A stretch of 63,688 nucleotides of DNA, filler included, from Reclinomonas americana ATCC 50394 (GCA_048213135.1; 14 parts of 14 records of this genome joined end to end with filler, not necessarily neighbours in it), one strand, 5' to 3'; positions 31,938 through 45,186 are shown, counted from the whole stretch's first letter. The notes: generated by a model from the letters alone, not told the origin. Program-made: numbers and translations.

Positions 31938-33419
31938 TTATTCTGGGTCGTCAATGGCCATGCGGGCGGCCGCTGGTGCCTCGCCCTCTGCCGCGCCCTC
32001 CACGGCCTCAATGAATGCCAACTGTGCCGCGAGGGGCAAGTGAGAATGCATTGAATCAAGCGCGGTCCTCACACCACCACGAGTGGACAACGCAACAAAC
32101 TCCTCCACTTCTTGGTCCTCAAAGATGCGCACGGCGCTGTCCTTGCCGACCACACACACGGTGCAGTTCTTGGCATTCAGCTCCACGTTCTCGCCCAGCG
32201 TCTGCTGCAACGCCTTGAGCGCATGTCGAATGAGTTCGTCCCTCGAGGCTAGCACCCGCAGCAGCAGTGAGTTGATGGAATTGAGAGAAAGAAGAATGGC
32301 AAGCAGGTGACACACCGTCCTCGAACTTGGTGTAGTTGTCCTCGAGGTAGGTCTTGGCCGACTGCGAGCGAGCGCCAATGGCCACCGCCTTGTAGTCGTA
32401 GTAGTTGCCAGAGGGGCACGTCTGGAAGAGGTGCGGGCCGGTTTTCTGTGTGCGGTACAACAGCAACATCAGAGAGATGGATGAGGGATGCAAGAGAAGG
32501 AAGGAAGAGGGAGTGTTGACGAAACGTCAAAGCCGGCCACCAGGAGACCGACACCAAACGGCCTCTTGCCGGACTTTTGCGTGGCCACCTGACTCTTGTC
32601 GGCGACACGCGTGACGAGGCGCGACACCTGCACCGCGCTCTCGTACACGAATCGGTGTGTCATGCACTCGTTGCGCATAAACTTGCACAGCAGCCGCCCG
32701 TCGGCCGTCAGACCAGCCACCGACACCGCAATGTGCTCATCGATCTTGAACACCTTCTTCTGATACGACGACAGCTCAGCGTGCGGCGCACTGATACACA
32801 CACACGCACACACGCACAATGTGAGTGTGAGCAATCATCACATTTGCGAGTCTCGAGCATGCGAATCGCACCGCTTGAGTGACACGAGAATGACGTGCGT
32901 CTTGGACTTGACACCGACAGTGGCACTGCCCTGCTTCACAGCCTCCATGGCGTACTCCACTTGATGGAGGCGGCCCACTGTGTGCAGACAAGAGTGTGTC
33001 AAATTCGCGCCCACGCGCACTTGTCTCACTCACTCGCGTTTCATGGTGCATGCACAAAGAAAGACGGAGAGAGAGAGAGAGAGGAGAGTACTGCACAGTG
33101 GCAGCACAGACACACGCACGACGAGCGGAAGAGCGCGGGTGTGTGAGTGAGTGCGAGCGTGTCAATTTCGTTCAACACACGCGCCCCCAAAGGCATCCAC
33201 TCACGCACACGACTGCACTCATGTGCGAGTCGGTGCACAGCATCAACGCCAGCAGAAGCAGACTGATGCCTGAGTGCATGCAGCAAGAAGAGTCTGCTTC
33301 CCGCGCACTCTCTCTTTCTCCCTTCTCTTCCCTTTTACCTCCGTCTCTCTCTCTTTCTGAGTTGCTCACTCACCAGGGCTCCACGTGGTGATATCCGTGT
33401 CGTATGAGTTGCGATACAT
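31938..33419 (-). CDS. PSMA1: 20S proteasome subunit alpha 6 (alpha type-1)
   Basis: [84 protein letters not shown]. First intron is 396 nt (32978-33373). Confidence 0.97.
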
Positions 33420-33497
33420 GGCGCGTGTGTGTGTGCAGGCGACGTCTCCTCACACAGGTCGTTGATTGGATCAGACCGCGAATCGTGTGTGTTGACA

Positions 33498-36400
33498 ATG
33501 GAGGCGAGTGTTGCGTGCAGCGACCATGCCGTCTCCGGCAAGGTCACGTGCATCGACAGTGCCGGTGAGTTGTACGAGAGGAAAAAGCCACCAGAGAGAG
33601 AGAGAGAGAGAACGCGCGGCCATGTCACGCGCACTCACACGCTCTTCTTCTTCCTCTTTCCGCAGGCGACTATGTGTTTCTGGGCACGGCCACGGGTGTC
33701 ATCCAGACATTCGCACTGCAGCGTGCATCGGATTCCTCAGGGCGCGTCTATGAGGAGTTCGTGCCGGATCTGCAGGGTCATGTGAGTTTGCCCGTCGCAT
33801 GCACTCTTCTCTCCCTCTGCCTCTCACATCTCTGTCACACACAAAGATTGGCGAGTTGCTGGAGGGCGGACTGGCTGTCTCCGAGCTCGCTTCCTCATCG
33901 CTGTCATCGTCGTCGTCGTCGGTGACGGGTGGCGCGGCGGGTGCGGCGGGCGACAGCAGTGAGACGCGCAAGAGTCGCGTGGTGAGGCGCTCGGGAGGGC
34001 GGCCGATTGATGCATTGCGCGTGGTTCCCGGCACCTCCACGCTGGCGGTGCTGTCGGATGAGACGGTGACGCTACATAGTGCGTTGCCGGATCGCGGACT
34101 GCAGTTTCTCAGCTCGGTGCGCGAGGCGCGTGGAGCTCTGTGTGTGGCCGTGGACTCGGCGTCGCCAAAGAGCGCGCTGTTGCCCAATGCTGCTGCGGGC
34201 AAGTCGATGGGCTTGCTGGTGGCGGCGGCTGTGGAGGAGGAGAGTGTGTCGGGCGGCAACACACTGCTGTACATTGGTCTGAAGAAGAAGGTGGTGCTGG
34301 TGGCGTGCCTCAATGGCGCCTCGCCGTATCGCAAGCTGAAGGAGGTGGATCTGCCGGATCATGTCATGTCGATGGCGGTGTTGCATCCGATTCTGGTGCT
34401 CGGCAACCGCAAGGACTACTCGCTCTACAATGTCGACACCGGTCACTCGTCGCTGTTGGCCCGCTTCACCGACAAGAAGAAGGATGGACCGCTGGTGGCC
34501 GTCTGCCGCGACACCCGAGAGGCTGTCGTTCGTGTCAACAGTTGTGTGCAGTGCCCGAGCGTGCATATGTGAGAGATGACTGACGCCTGTGTTTTTGCAC
34601 TCTTCAGACACCGGCTTGTATTTCGACATTGGCGTGATGGAGTCGGATGCGGTCGAAGGAGCTGTGGCTGCCGAAGCCGGCAAGGCGGGCGCTGCCAGTG
34701 GATCAGGAGCAAGTGGTGCGACCGGAAGCAGTACGCCATCGGCGGCCAGTGGCGCCGATGCCACCGTGTCGACGGTCAACTCGCGTGCGACAGTCACCTG
34801 GTCTTCGACGCCGGCGTGCATCGCCCACTCGTACCCGTATGTCGTCAGCGCGCAGAACAACATGATGGAGGTCCACAACATTCTGGATCAGTCACTCGTG
34901 GACACTGTGCCACTCGGCAATGGTTTGGTTGGGAGCCAGGCAGTTGTCGCCAATGCGGCTGTCTCACCGTCGTGTATCCACAGTGCTGGGACTGGCGGAG
35001 AACGGCACAAAAGTGTTTGTGGCCATGCAGAACCAAATTCATGTGCTCGTCACCATTCCGCTTTTGCGACAAGTGGAGAACCTCATCAACAAGTTGCTGG
35101 TGCAAGAGGCTTTCGATCTGTTGTCGAAGCTCTTTGTGGGAGCCGACAATGAAAAGGTGCGCGCACAGATACACAAACACCACTGCTTGCATCTCCGCAG
35201 ATGCTGACACGAGGAGGCATGGTAGCGTGATCGGGAGCGTGACTTGCACATGTATGCGGGATGGACGCTGCTGCGACACTTGGAGTTCGAGCAGGCCTTC
35301 TCACATTTCCAGAAAGCCAACATGGACCCGCGTGAGGTACTCTGGATCTCTCCGATGCCTGTGGGGACCGAGGATTTACGCACGGATGCTCACTGTGTTT
35401 GTGTGCGTGCAGGTGGTGCGGTTATTTGAGGATTTGAAGTGTCCCGACGTGGACTTTTCGCGACCGTCGGCGTCGGTGGCCGCCCGCTCCGTGTCCTCCA
35501 TGAGCGAAGCCGTTCGCGCGGCTCTGCTGGCTCGTGTGGGCGGCCGAGCGCAGCTGGTGGCTCCGGAGACGCAGCGGGCGCTGGTGAATGAAGCGCGACA
35601 GGCGGTGCGCGTGTACCTGCAACAAGTTCGCGCCGCCGGCTATCTCTTTGCCGGCAGCGAGGCGTGGGACCAAGAGACACGACAGCAAATCGCCAAGTCA
35701 GTTGACTACGCGCTGGTGGTGATCTACTCGGAGGGTGATCTTGCCGCGCTGCATGAGCTGCTCTCGTCGACCTCGCACCACGTGTCGCTGCAGTATGGTC
35801 TCCCGCTGCTGCAGCGAGTGCCACAGGTTCGATGCACTTGCTACTGATTGTTGGTGCTTGCGTTCCTTCCTCATTGTTATTCTGCAGAGCGAGCACGCGC
35901 GGGCCCTCCTGTATAGATCGCGGGGCATGTACACCGAGGCGCTGGAGACGTGGGAGACGCTTGCGCTGGCACCGTCATCGTCGGCGCTGGCGGCACGAGT
36001 GGATGTGTCGGATTCGTTCAACTCTGGATCACGGAAACAGTCGGGTGCACCCATCCTCACCACGCAGGAGTGCATCAAGTGGACCGTGCGTGTTCTCGAA
36101 GAGTGCGGAGATCCACAGCTGATTTTCCGATCGTCGTCGTGGGTGCTCGCCGAGGACCCCACTGCCGGTCTCCAGGTGTGCACTTCGTCGTTGGTGGTGG
36201 TGGTGGTGGTGGTGGTGGTGGTGGTGGTGGTGGTGGTGGTGGTGGTGGCGAAGCAACTCACGAAGGGGTGCGCAGATCTTTACGAGCCCCATGGCTGCTT
36301 CATTGGACACGGAGCGCGTGCTCGAATACCTCGGTGTGTACTCGGAGGACGCACAGCGCGAGTATCTCGAACACCTGGTGTTGCACCTGCGCTCGGAGGT

Positions 36401-37380
36401 TTGTTTGGGTGCTCCAGTCATTGGTGATGGCGATTGACTGACACGTCGATATGTGCAATCGTACAGAACGGCAAGTACCACACCCAGTTGGCCATCAAGT
36501 ACATTGAGCAGATCACGTACTGGAAGGGAATGGAGTCCAGTGAGCCGCACGGCGATTTGCTGGTGCTGCCCGGCAATGAGGCCGGCATGCTGGGTGAATT
36601 CCGCAGCAAGCTGATTGCGCTGCTGGAGACCTCCACGGCGTACCACTTGCAAACGCTGCAGACGCGTCTGGCGCAGAGCTCGCTGTACTACGAGCGACTG
36701 ATTTTGTTCAAAAAGGTGTGTTTCCGCGCAAGAGAGGAGTGTGCATCTACCGCTAACTCACCACGCGTAGGCCGGCCAACATCGCGAGGCCCTGCGTGCC
36801 ATTGTGTACAGCATGGGTAACCTGCCAGCCGCCGAATACTACTGCCTCTTCCCGGATGCGAGCATTGCCGACTGCATTGTGGCGAGTGCCACCATACCGT
36901 CGTTCACTGGTGATGCCGGCGATGCAGCTGGTGGTGCATCTTCGTCCTCATCCTCATCCACGACGACGACAACGACAACCACCTCGGCTGCGACTGCCGC
37001 CTCAGCTGCCGGCGCCAGCTCGTCAACAGGCGGCCGCTTTGTGCTGCCTCAGCCACAGCCACATCACCGCGCCTTCTTTTTCGACCTGATTGAGATGCTC
37101 ATGAATCCACCACCGGGCGAGATGCGTGACTCGCTGGTCAACCGATGGTGCGCGCATGTTGTTTTCTTTTTTGCGTATGGTCTGCACGCTCACGCACGTA
37201 CCGTGCCATGCAGGACGGGCGCCAAGCAGAGTTTGCGAGAAGCCGCGCTGTCGCTCATGTTGCGCTACCCGAAGTACGTGGACCTGGTGCGCGCACTGGC
37301 CTTGCTGCCGGACGACATGCCGCTGTCATCGGTGCAGCCGTACCTGCAGCAGGCGTTGCGAGCATCGCACCACGAGTACC
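33498..37380 (+). CDS. Vps39/TGFBRAP1 (Vps3)-like CNH-domain tethering-complex subunit, 3' partial
   Basis: N-terminal CNH-type repeats (VFLGTATGVI, AVLSDETVTLH, KLKEVDLPD, SYPYVV), QVENLI, MDPREVVRLF, and clathrin-like repeat ALLYRSRGMYTEALETW..EYLEHLV..YHTQLAIKY..ALALLPDDMPLSSVQPYL. Confidence 0.85.
36190..36248. repeat. (GGT)n microsatellite inside an intron
   Basis: About 18 tandem GGT units between the donor at ~36176 and the acceptor at ~36275. Confidence 0.9.
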
Positions 37381-37480
37381 NNNNNNNNNNNNNNNNNNNN
37401 NNNNNNNNNNNNNNNNNNNNNNNNTTAATTAATTAANNNNNNNNNNNNNNNNNNNNNNNNNNNNNNNNNNNNNNNNNNNN

Positions 37481-37939
37481 AGTGCAGACTAACTCACCAA
37501 TCTCCATCTCGAAGATGCGTCGCGCCACCAGCGTTCGCGAGTGGTCCAGCGCCTCCAGCATCACATCGTACCGGTGGTCGGCCTCCGGGTCATCATTGGA
37601 GATCTCAAACGACAGCTCCGTGCCTCCCAACTGCAAACACCTATGAGATCAGGAAGAGCAAGGGAGAAAGGAGGTGGAGAGAGACAGAGAGAGAGAGAGA
37701 CACACACACACACCGTTTGCTGCTTCCACGACTTCTCGCCGTGCGTCCGCAGCGAGAGCACGTACAAGGCCACATCGAGTGGGTACAGACCGTCCCACAC
37801 CACCAGCCGCTGATTCCGCGACACACCCTTCTCCACGCGGATTGCAATGTCGGCCACTGAAGCTGCCACCACCACCACCAGTGAGCCACACGGAGAGACA
37901 GACACACACACGCGGGGAAAAACACACACCAGCACTCAT
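37481..37939 (-). CDS. hypothetical protein, 3' partial (possible FN3/Ig-like beta domain)
   Basis: Spliceable exons MSA|ASVADIAIRV..RLVVWDGLYPLDVALYVLSLR..WKQQT|LGGTELSFEI..RYDVMLEALD. Confidence 0.4.
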
Positions 37940-37970
37940 GGCGTGTCTCGTTTCACTCAAAGGTGCACTC

Positions 37971-38001
<31 letters not shown>

Positions 38002-38088
38002 TGGCTGTTACTCTCTACACGACACCGCCCGTGGCCTCGGCCTCCTCTCCTCCGTCCGACAGTCGTCTCCACACAATGTCCCGCATCG

Positions 38089-38874
38089 TCACTGGCCGAC
38101 GTCGTCGTCTTCCTCGGCATCGTCGTCCGCCAACAACATGCGCATGTGCTGATGCTCCTCCTCGCCATCGTCGCCATTCACCGCAGCCTCCCCCTCATGC
38201 TCGTGCTCGCCGACGTCGACGTCAATGGCGACGTACGACTCTTCCTCGAGCTCCGGATCCTGCTGGCGGCTGTCGTCGTACTGCAGCATGCGCGACTGGA
38301 GCGGCGACATGCCTCCACTGCCGCGGCCACCGGTACCCAGCTGAGCAGCGGGAGGGGCGCGATCGCGGCTTCCGGATCCATGCGCCGCTTGCAAGTGATG
38401 CAGCGCGCTCATCTGCGACGTGAGCTGCTCCAGACGCCGCTGCAGTGCGGCCTCTGCACGATGCGTTGCCGCCAGCTCTCGTTCGTACTCGTGCTGGGCG
38501 TCGGCAGCTGCACCATGGCCAGTGAAAGAAAGAGAGAGAGAGCATCGATATCGCGATCGGAAAAACGTTGTGGTGATATCGATCAGTGTGCGACCTGACG
38601 CACTCACCCTCTTGCATGGCGGCCTGCAGTACTTGCTGATGCTCATGCTCCACACCACTGCAATGATAGAGAGGGAAAGAGAGAGAGAGTCACTTTCGTG
38701 TGCGGTCAAAGTGCCTTCAATTGCGCTCACGGACGCACTGCAAGCGACTGAGACAACTCGCCAGATCGGCGCCCATAAGGCCATCGCGGAACTCTGCGAG
38801 AGGTGCTGGTGGTGAGGTTACTGGCGTTGGTCGTCGCCTTGGAAGGGCAACGCACCAAGCACGGCGCTCTCCAT
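38089..38874 (-). CDS. hypothetical small coiled-coil / acidic protein
   Basis: MESAVL|EFRDGLMG..|..QQVLQAAMQE|AADAQHEYERELAATHRAEAALQRRLEQL.. with GT-AG introns and an acidic tail. Confidence 0.5.
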
Positions 38875-39360
38875 GAGTGTGCAGAGAAAAACGGGGTGAA
38901 AACCGATTGAAGTTCGGGATGAATTCGTTCAGTCGACGCAAATCCGACAGCTTTGCTCAGTCTCCACAGGCGCACCATGCGTGCTTGATAACGCAACTGT
39001 CGCGATCCAGTGGTCGTGCATCTCAGGGACAGGTACAGGAGCGCAAACTCGATCGCGATCGGCTGATTTCGATATCTGTACATGTTCGAATTTGCAATTG
39101 ACTGCAGTCCTCTGTTGCTTCACGAGTATGCGTGCGTGCACAGAGCAGTGCTAGCGCTAGCATGATCTGCACATGGCAGCCATCCAACAAGCAATCATGT
39201 TGGTAACAAGAGTATTTCCGACAAAAATGCCTAATTTGGTCCTCGCGTGACAACTCGCCCNNNNNNNNNNNNNNNNNNNNNNNNNNNNNNNNNNNNNNNN
39301 NNNNTTAATTAATTAANNNNNNNNNNNNNNNNNNNNNNNNNNNNNNNNNNNNNNNNNNNN

Positions 39361-40848
39361 CTAATCGACAAGGAGACGTATGGATTTGTGATCATGGACG
39401 GGCACGGCGTGCTGTTTGCCACGGTGTGTGGCGCTCGCAAGACCGTGCTGCGTCACATGGGAGTCGACCTGCCATGCAAGCATCGACGAGTTGTGTATTT
39501 CCCTGTTGCGGGTTTGCGTCGCAGAGGAGGAGTGATGGCTGAGTCGATTGTGTGTGTGTGTGTGAGCGCAGGGTGGTCAGAGCTCGGTGCGCTTTGCTCG
39601 ACTGCGAATGATTGCCCGAGCCGCGTATGTACGTTCCCCCACCCCCTGTCATGCACACCAGCGTCAACGCTGCTGTGTGTAACTTACCTGTCCTCGCGTG
39701 CATGCAGGTGAAGCGAGCGGCGGAGATTGCGACCGAGTTGTTCCTTGCCAACAATCGAGTGACCGTGTCGGGCCTGGTGGTGGGTGGCTCGGCCGACCTC
39801 AAGGACGAGTTTGTGCAGTCCGACAGGTGGGTGCGCTGTGATCAACATTATTGCGGCCCTGCGAGTGTTCACTCACTGATGGGGGTGGCAGCTTGGATCC
39901 GCGAGTGGCGCGGACGATCTTGTGCAAGGTGGACACTGCGTACGGTGGCGAGAGTGGTCTGCACCAGGCGGTGGCACTTGCGGCGCCGCACCTGGGTCAC
40001 GTGGAGTACATTCGAGTGCGCGCCGAGCTCGACGAGTTCTTCTCGCACATTCAACGCGACACTGGCTGCATGTGCTTTGGCGTGCACGACACCATGGTTT
40101 GTCTCTTTTCTCCGTTGCTGCTATCATGCACTCCTCCCTCATTGTCGTGGAAATCGCGTCAGGCGGCCCTCATCGACATGGGCGCAGTAGAGAAGCTGCT
40201 GGTGTGGGAGTCGTCGCCTCTGTGGCGCCTTCAGCTGCAGACACACAGTGGTCCAGGTGCAGTATGTCTGTGTTAGCAGATGTCGTGGCTTCTCCCATCA
40301 ACATATTTGATTGAACCGCCGTCGCTCGTCAGTGGTGCGGTATGTTGTGCGCCGATCGACCGACGCGCAGCTGACGCTGGCGGCCGATGAGGTCGTGGAG
40401 GATATGCAGCCGCTTGTCGAGTGGCTGCTGGACCACGCGGCAAAGTCGTACGGATGCGAGGTTGTGACGATCACCGATGGTGAGTTTTCTCGTTCTTGTC
40501 CGACCTCGTTTGCCCATCTGACGTACCCCGGGTGTCGCAGCGTCACCACAAGGCACGCAGTTCACGCGAGGCTTTGGCGGCATTGGAGCGATTCTGCGGT
40601 ATGCTGTCGACGTGTCCAGTCTGCGCAACGGTGAGGGCGGTGGCGACGACGACGACGACAACGAAGACGACGACGATGACTGGGTTGGACGAGTGTGGAC
40701 CGATGACCTGGTTGACGACGACGACGACGATGCCGACGACGAAGGCAGCGATGTGGCAAATGGCGGAGTCGCCAGTGGCAGCAGCAGCGGCAGCAGCATC
40801 AAGAGCAACTCATCGACTCGATCTGCCGACTTGGACGACTTTATGTAA
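39361..40848 (+). CDS. divergent eukaryotic release factor 1 homologue (M and C domains; 5' partial)
   Basis: YGFVIMDG, VDLPCKHRR|GGQSSVRFARLR, GLVVGGSADLK, KVDTAYGGESGLHQA, MGAVEKLLVWE, LVEWL, QFTRGFGGIGAILRY. Confidence 0.88.
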
Positions 40849-40849
40849 A

Positions 40850-41686
40850 CTACAAGTGCGGTGCACGGCCCGCAAGGTCTGACGGCCTCATGGGCCGTTG
40901 CGGGCTGAATCGGTTGCCACCATGCGATGACTGTGATGGTGGTGGCGGTGGTGGCGGTGGTGGCGGTCGAGGCATCTCCGCTTGCATGTGTTGCATGTGA
41001 GCGACGAACTCGGCCTCCATGCGCTGCGCATCCCATCTCCCGCATGAGACAACTCCCTAAGTAAATCAGCACGTACATACTCCACCCACCTGCATGTGCT
41101 CCTCTTGCTGTCGGGCCACGGTCAGGTAATGATCGCGCTCAAACGTCATTGCCCGCAAGTCTGTTGCACAGACAGCGTGAGTCGCCTCGCTCCTTTCTCC
41201 TGCGTGTCCTCCCCCCTTACCATCCTCCAGCGCAGCAAACTCCTTGACGTGGATCTCGGCATTGCCCTTGAGGAACTGGTAGGCGCGCTCGAATGCCAGG
41301 CGATCCTTCTCAGCGCGCGCCTCATACTCGGCCACCACCCGCGCCAGCTCATCGCGCTCCTGTTCCACTTGTCGCAGCCGCTGTCGCCACTGCTCCACCT
41401 CGCGTATCATCGACTCCATCTGCTCGGGCTTGATCGCGTCGGCGACTGCGACCTGAAGCGAGCGCTTGTCGCTCAACAGCTGCTCGATGCGCATGTCTGC
41501 GCGCGCGCGCGTGTGTGTGTGAGAGAGAGCGAGACACCTGAGCAGTGCATGAACATGCAGGACGAGACACCACAGTGTGCCTTTGACTCGCAGCAGCTCT
41601 TCGTACTCGCTGATCACCAGCTCGGCCATTGCGATTGTGATTTGCAGAGACGGACAGCTGTGTCGGTGGTGCGTGACAACTTCCAT
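40850..41686 (-). CDS. hypothetical coiled-coil protein with Pro-rich tail (start at 41686 or 41629)
   Basis: Heptad-rich ORF 41066-41686, spliced to a last exon ending RAPHL-TAG. Confidence 0.55.
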
Positions 41687-41698
41687 CGTCTCGTTTAA

Positions 41699-42551
41699 TT
41701 ACAAGGTGGTATCGGAGAGCACGTGCTCCTCATACTCCTCACTCTCCTCACTGTACACGTCAAAGTTCCTGGTGACGACGCTGAAATCGACCTTGACCAC
41801 GCCACCTGATTGCACGCGCGTTACTTCGCGCCCTTCGCTCTTGCTCGGAAGCGTCGGATCGATAAAGTGCGGCGAGGAGCCGCTTAATGAGGACAACAGA
41901 CCCTGCAGCGCCGACGACGCCACCGGCTTGAACAGACGAATGTATCGCGTGTACCTGCAAAAAAAGAACGTGCGGCAATCAGCACTCCTTCCGCTCGCCC
42001 CTTTCTCCCCGCTAGTCGTGAAAGGAACCTTCCTGGACCGCATGGTACGTGGACAGCACCGTAGCCTTGCACAGTCTCCTTGCCCTTGCCTCCAATCGAG
42101 TACGTGGTTACACACAGCTGCGGCCACCCGTGCGGATTGGTGGAGCGAAACGAGATCTCAAACGGGAAGTTCCACACAAAGAGAGGTATGGCGCCGTTGC
42201 CGCCAAGCTCGCTGACTTGCGTGCACGACTCGCGAGGCACCACACGCTGCGCACATTGATGATGATGAGGAGCAGTTCGTTGTTGCAGGGGGGGTGTTTT
42301 TTTTTTGCTTGCGTCGCACCTCGCCATCACCGCGCTCAATCTCCCAGTTGGGTCCGTGCACAAACTGTAGTCGGCAGTACAACGAGCCGACGCCATCCAT
42401 CTGCGCAACAAGGGTGAGAGAGAGCAAAGGGGAGGGAGGAGGAGAGACAACAACATCAGCATACCTGCGCGCTCTCCACTTGGCCGTTGACGGTGACAAA
42501 GAAGGCGCTGGAGGAGGCCGAGGAGAGCGAGGAGGGGCCTGACTTCAGCAT
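41699..42551 (-). CDS. B9D1: ciliary transition-zone B9 domain protein 1 (MKSR1)
   Basis: FFVTVNGQVESAQ..LYCRLQFVHG..VWNFPFEISFRSTNPHGWPQL..GYGAVHVP..EGREVTRVQSGG, B9D1-type motifs. Confidence 0.93.
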
Positions 42552-42614
42552 TGTGTGGGAGCGAGAGGATGGACGTGGACAGAGCTCGCTTCGTTGCAAT
42601 CAATCACCGCCCAA

Positions 42615-45186
42615 ATGTCACGCGCTCGAGTGCGCGTGGCTCTCGTCGTCGAGGCCTCTGCCGAGGCCGTCGAGCTGTGCACAGACAAGGACTTTCTCCC
42701 CACACTGCTCAAGTCTCGTGTTGCATGCGAGTGTGTGTCTCGTGCGCTCTCTCTCACACACGCACGTGCACACAGACGATTCGCCAGTGCGCCAACGCAA
42801 GAAAAGTCCACGGTCTGTGACACATACAGAGTGTTCTCTTGCTCGAGAGCTGTCACTTGCTGAGCTTCTTGTCTGGCACGCAGCATGCGGTCGAGTTCTG
42901 CGTGATTGCATTCTCCAGCAGTCCACCGTTTGGCACGTTTGCAAGTGGTGGCACTGTGCGACAGTTCCCCGTGAGGCCGCACGTGGAGGGAGTGTTGCGT
43001 GCACTGCAGTCGGACTGCTTCAGTCCACACGAGGCCAGTCTGTGGAGGTTCGACTTGTCTCCTGTCAGAGACTGAATTGTTGATTTCTTCTCACGACGGA
43101 GTCGATGCAGTGAGGCGGCGGTGGCCGACGGACTTGGTGTGGCCATGGAGGTGCTGTATATTTGTGTCTCGCACCTTTTGTCTTTCTTGCCATCCCACTG
43201 CGTCTCATCATGCTCCGGCATGCAGTGGCTCCTGTTGCACCATGACATGTCGATATTGCGGCATTGTGTGCTGGTGACCTCGTCGGCCGCCAGTGCGCTG
43301 CCCAACATGGAATCCGTCGAGTTCTTTGGCAGATCTGTCGACGATCTTGTGCAGCTCATGTCCGATGTATGTGTGTCGTCGCTGCACCCGTGTCGCCACA
43401 CCCGATTGCTCACACGTGCGCTTTGGTGAGTGCAGGCGCATCGAGAGGTGTTTCTGTCGGTGATATGTACGCGCGACCATGTGCCAGAGTATGAGCGACT
43501 CTTTATGGTACGTGGTCCACAGCGCGTGGGTGGAGTCGAGTCTCGTTGTCCTCCTGACGATTTTCATTGCCTGTGCATCCAGTCGGCGTCGCAACGGCAC
43601 GATCACGGAGTGGAACATGTGGATCTTGCACGGGGTACTGCGTGGCTGCGCAACGTGCCACACTTGATGGCGGCACCGGTGGTGGCCACCATGCCGACAC
43701 CGCCTCTTCCCGCTCATGCGGCTCCCACGCCCATGGCCGTCGACAGCTCCTCGTACGTGTCTCCCATGCAAGCGATTCCGCAGCAGCCGCCACAGCCGCC
43801 ACAGCCGCAGCCACCGCAGCAACTGGCGGCACCAGCTGTTCCGCAGTACGGTGTGCTTCCGCAGCCACCCATGCAGCATCTACCACAGCCACAGGCACCA
43901 CAACCGCCAACACCACCACAGCCGCCACCGCTGCACATGAATGTTGCGAGCGAAGAAGTTGAATTTGTGGCGTAGTCATGTGCCGGGTTCATTTATTTGG
44001 CGTGTGTGTGCGTGTGTGTCTGCGTACAGGCGTCGGCAACGGGTCCCATCTGGGATGGAACTGTGCGAGTGGATTCGCTGTCCATCCCGGGTCAAATCTA
44101 CGCCGGCACTCTGCCTGAGATTGGGTCGCCCGAGGGCAAGCGATTCTAGTTATGGCGACACGCAGATGCCTGGCTTTTGTACTCTCTGTCTGTCTTGCTG
44201 ACGACTAGTGCGTCTCTCCCAGTTCGTGGTCACACGAAAAGATTCAGCAGTTGCCCACCAGCGTGGCGTTTACGCTTGCACCGTTGACGGTGCCAGTGCA
44301 GCAGCTGCCGCCGATTGTGGTGGGTGTATTCCGCCCGAGTCAGATCACCAACGAGTTCTTGAGTTTGCTGAGCCAGCTCAGTGGGTCGCCCAAAAAGGTG
44401 CTTGTCGATTGCGCGTGTGGGAATGGTGGCTGTGCTCAACGACGCGCTTGTGCTGCAGTACCTGTTGGGCAACATTCCGCTGGCCGCAGCCAATGGAACC
44501 GTCTACGTGTGTCTCATGTCGACGGCACCGTTGTTGCCGCCGGGGCAGCGTTTTCGCGAAGAGCAATGGTGTGTGACGACGATTGATGCACACTCTCACT
44601 GCAGTCTCCCTTTGTGGTTGACCGCGTTGCCAGGTTGTACGTCGGCTCGCTGCAGGGTGCACAACAGTCACCCGCTGTGCCTCCCGCCAGCACCGCCACC
44701 CCGACACAACCGGTGCCGGTTGCCTCGTCGCCGTACCTCCAGCAGCCTGTGGCACAGCCGCAGACCACCACACCACAGATGCAACCGGTTCACGCCATGC
44801 CAGCTGGCTACGCCGCTGCTGCACGGCAACCCACCGGCGCTGTTCCACAGTTCTCATCGCCGCCCGTGGTGAGCGGGCAGTCGCCGATGGATCCACAGCA
44901 GCAAGCCGCCATGCAACAGTACTACTATCAGCACACATTGATGCAGCAGCAGCAACAACAGCAACAACAACAACAACAACAACAACAACAGCAACATCAA
45001 CAACACTACCAACACCAGCAGCCGCCGCAGCAGCAGCAGCAACAGCCACCACCACAACCGCCACAGCAACAGCTACCCGCTGGGGCTCCCGCACAGGTAC
45101 CAGTCGCCGCAGCCCCTCAATACTACACCGGCGCCTACGGGTATCCCCCAGCACCGGGCTACGGATACCCACAGCCACCACAATAA
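42615..45186 (+). CDS. Mediator subunit 25-like (vWA domain, possible ACID domain, Q/P-rich tail)
   Basis: VALVVEAS..FLPTL, AVADGLGVAMEVL, RHCVLVTSS, SVDDLV..VFLSVIC..YERLF resemble the MED25 vWA domain; later IWDGTV and polyQ. Some exon junctions are unresolved. Confidence 0.6.

Noticed and set aside
38875..39260. Lower-GC stretch with several short ORFs at a contig end
   Set aside because: No recognisable domain, repeat or consistent splice pattern; left unannotated.
39682..39690. ACTTACCTG, identical to the U1 snRNA 5' end
   Set aside because: It sits near the 3' end of an eRF1 intron and is followed by coding sequence, with no U1 stem-loops or Sm site.
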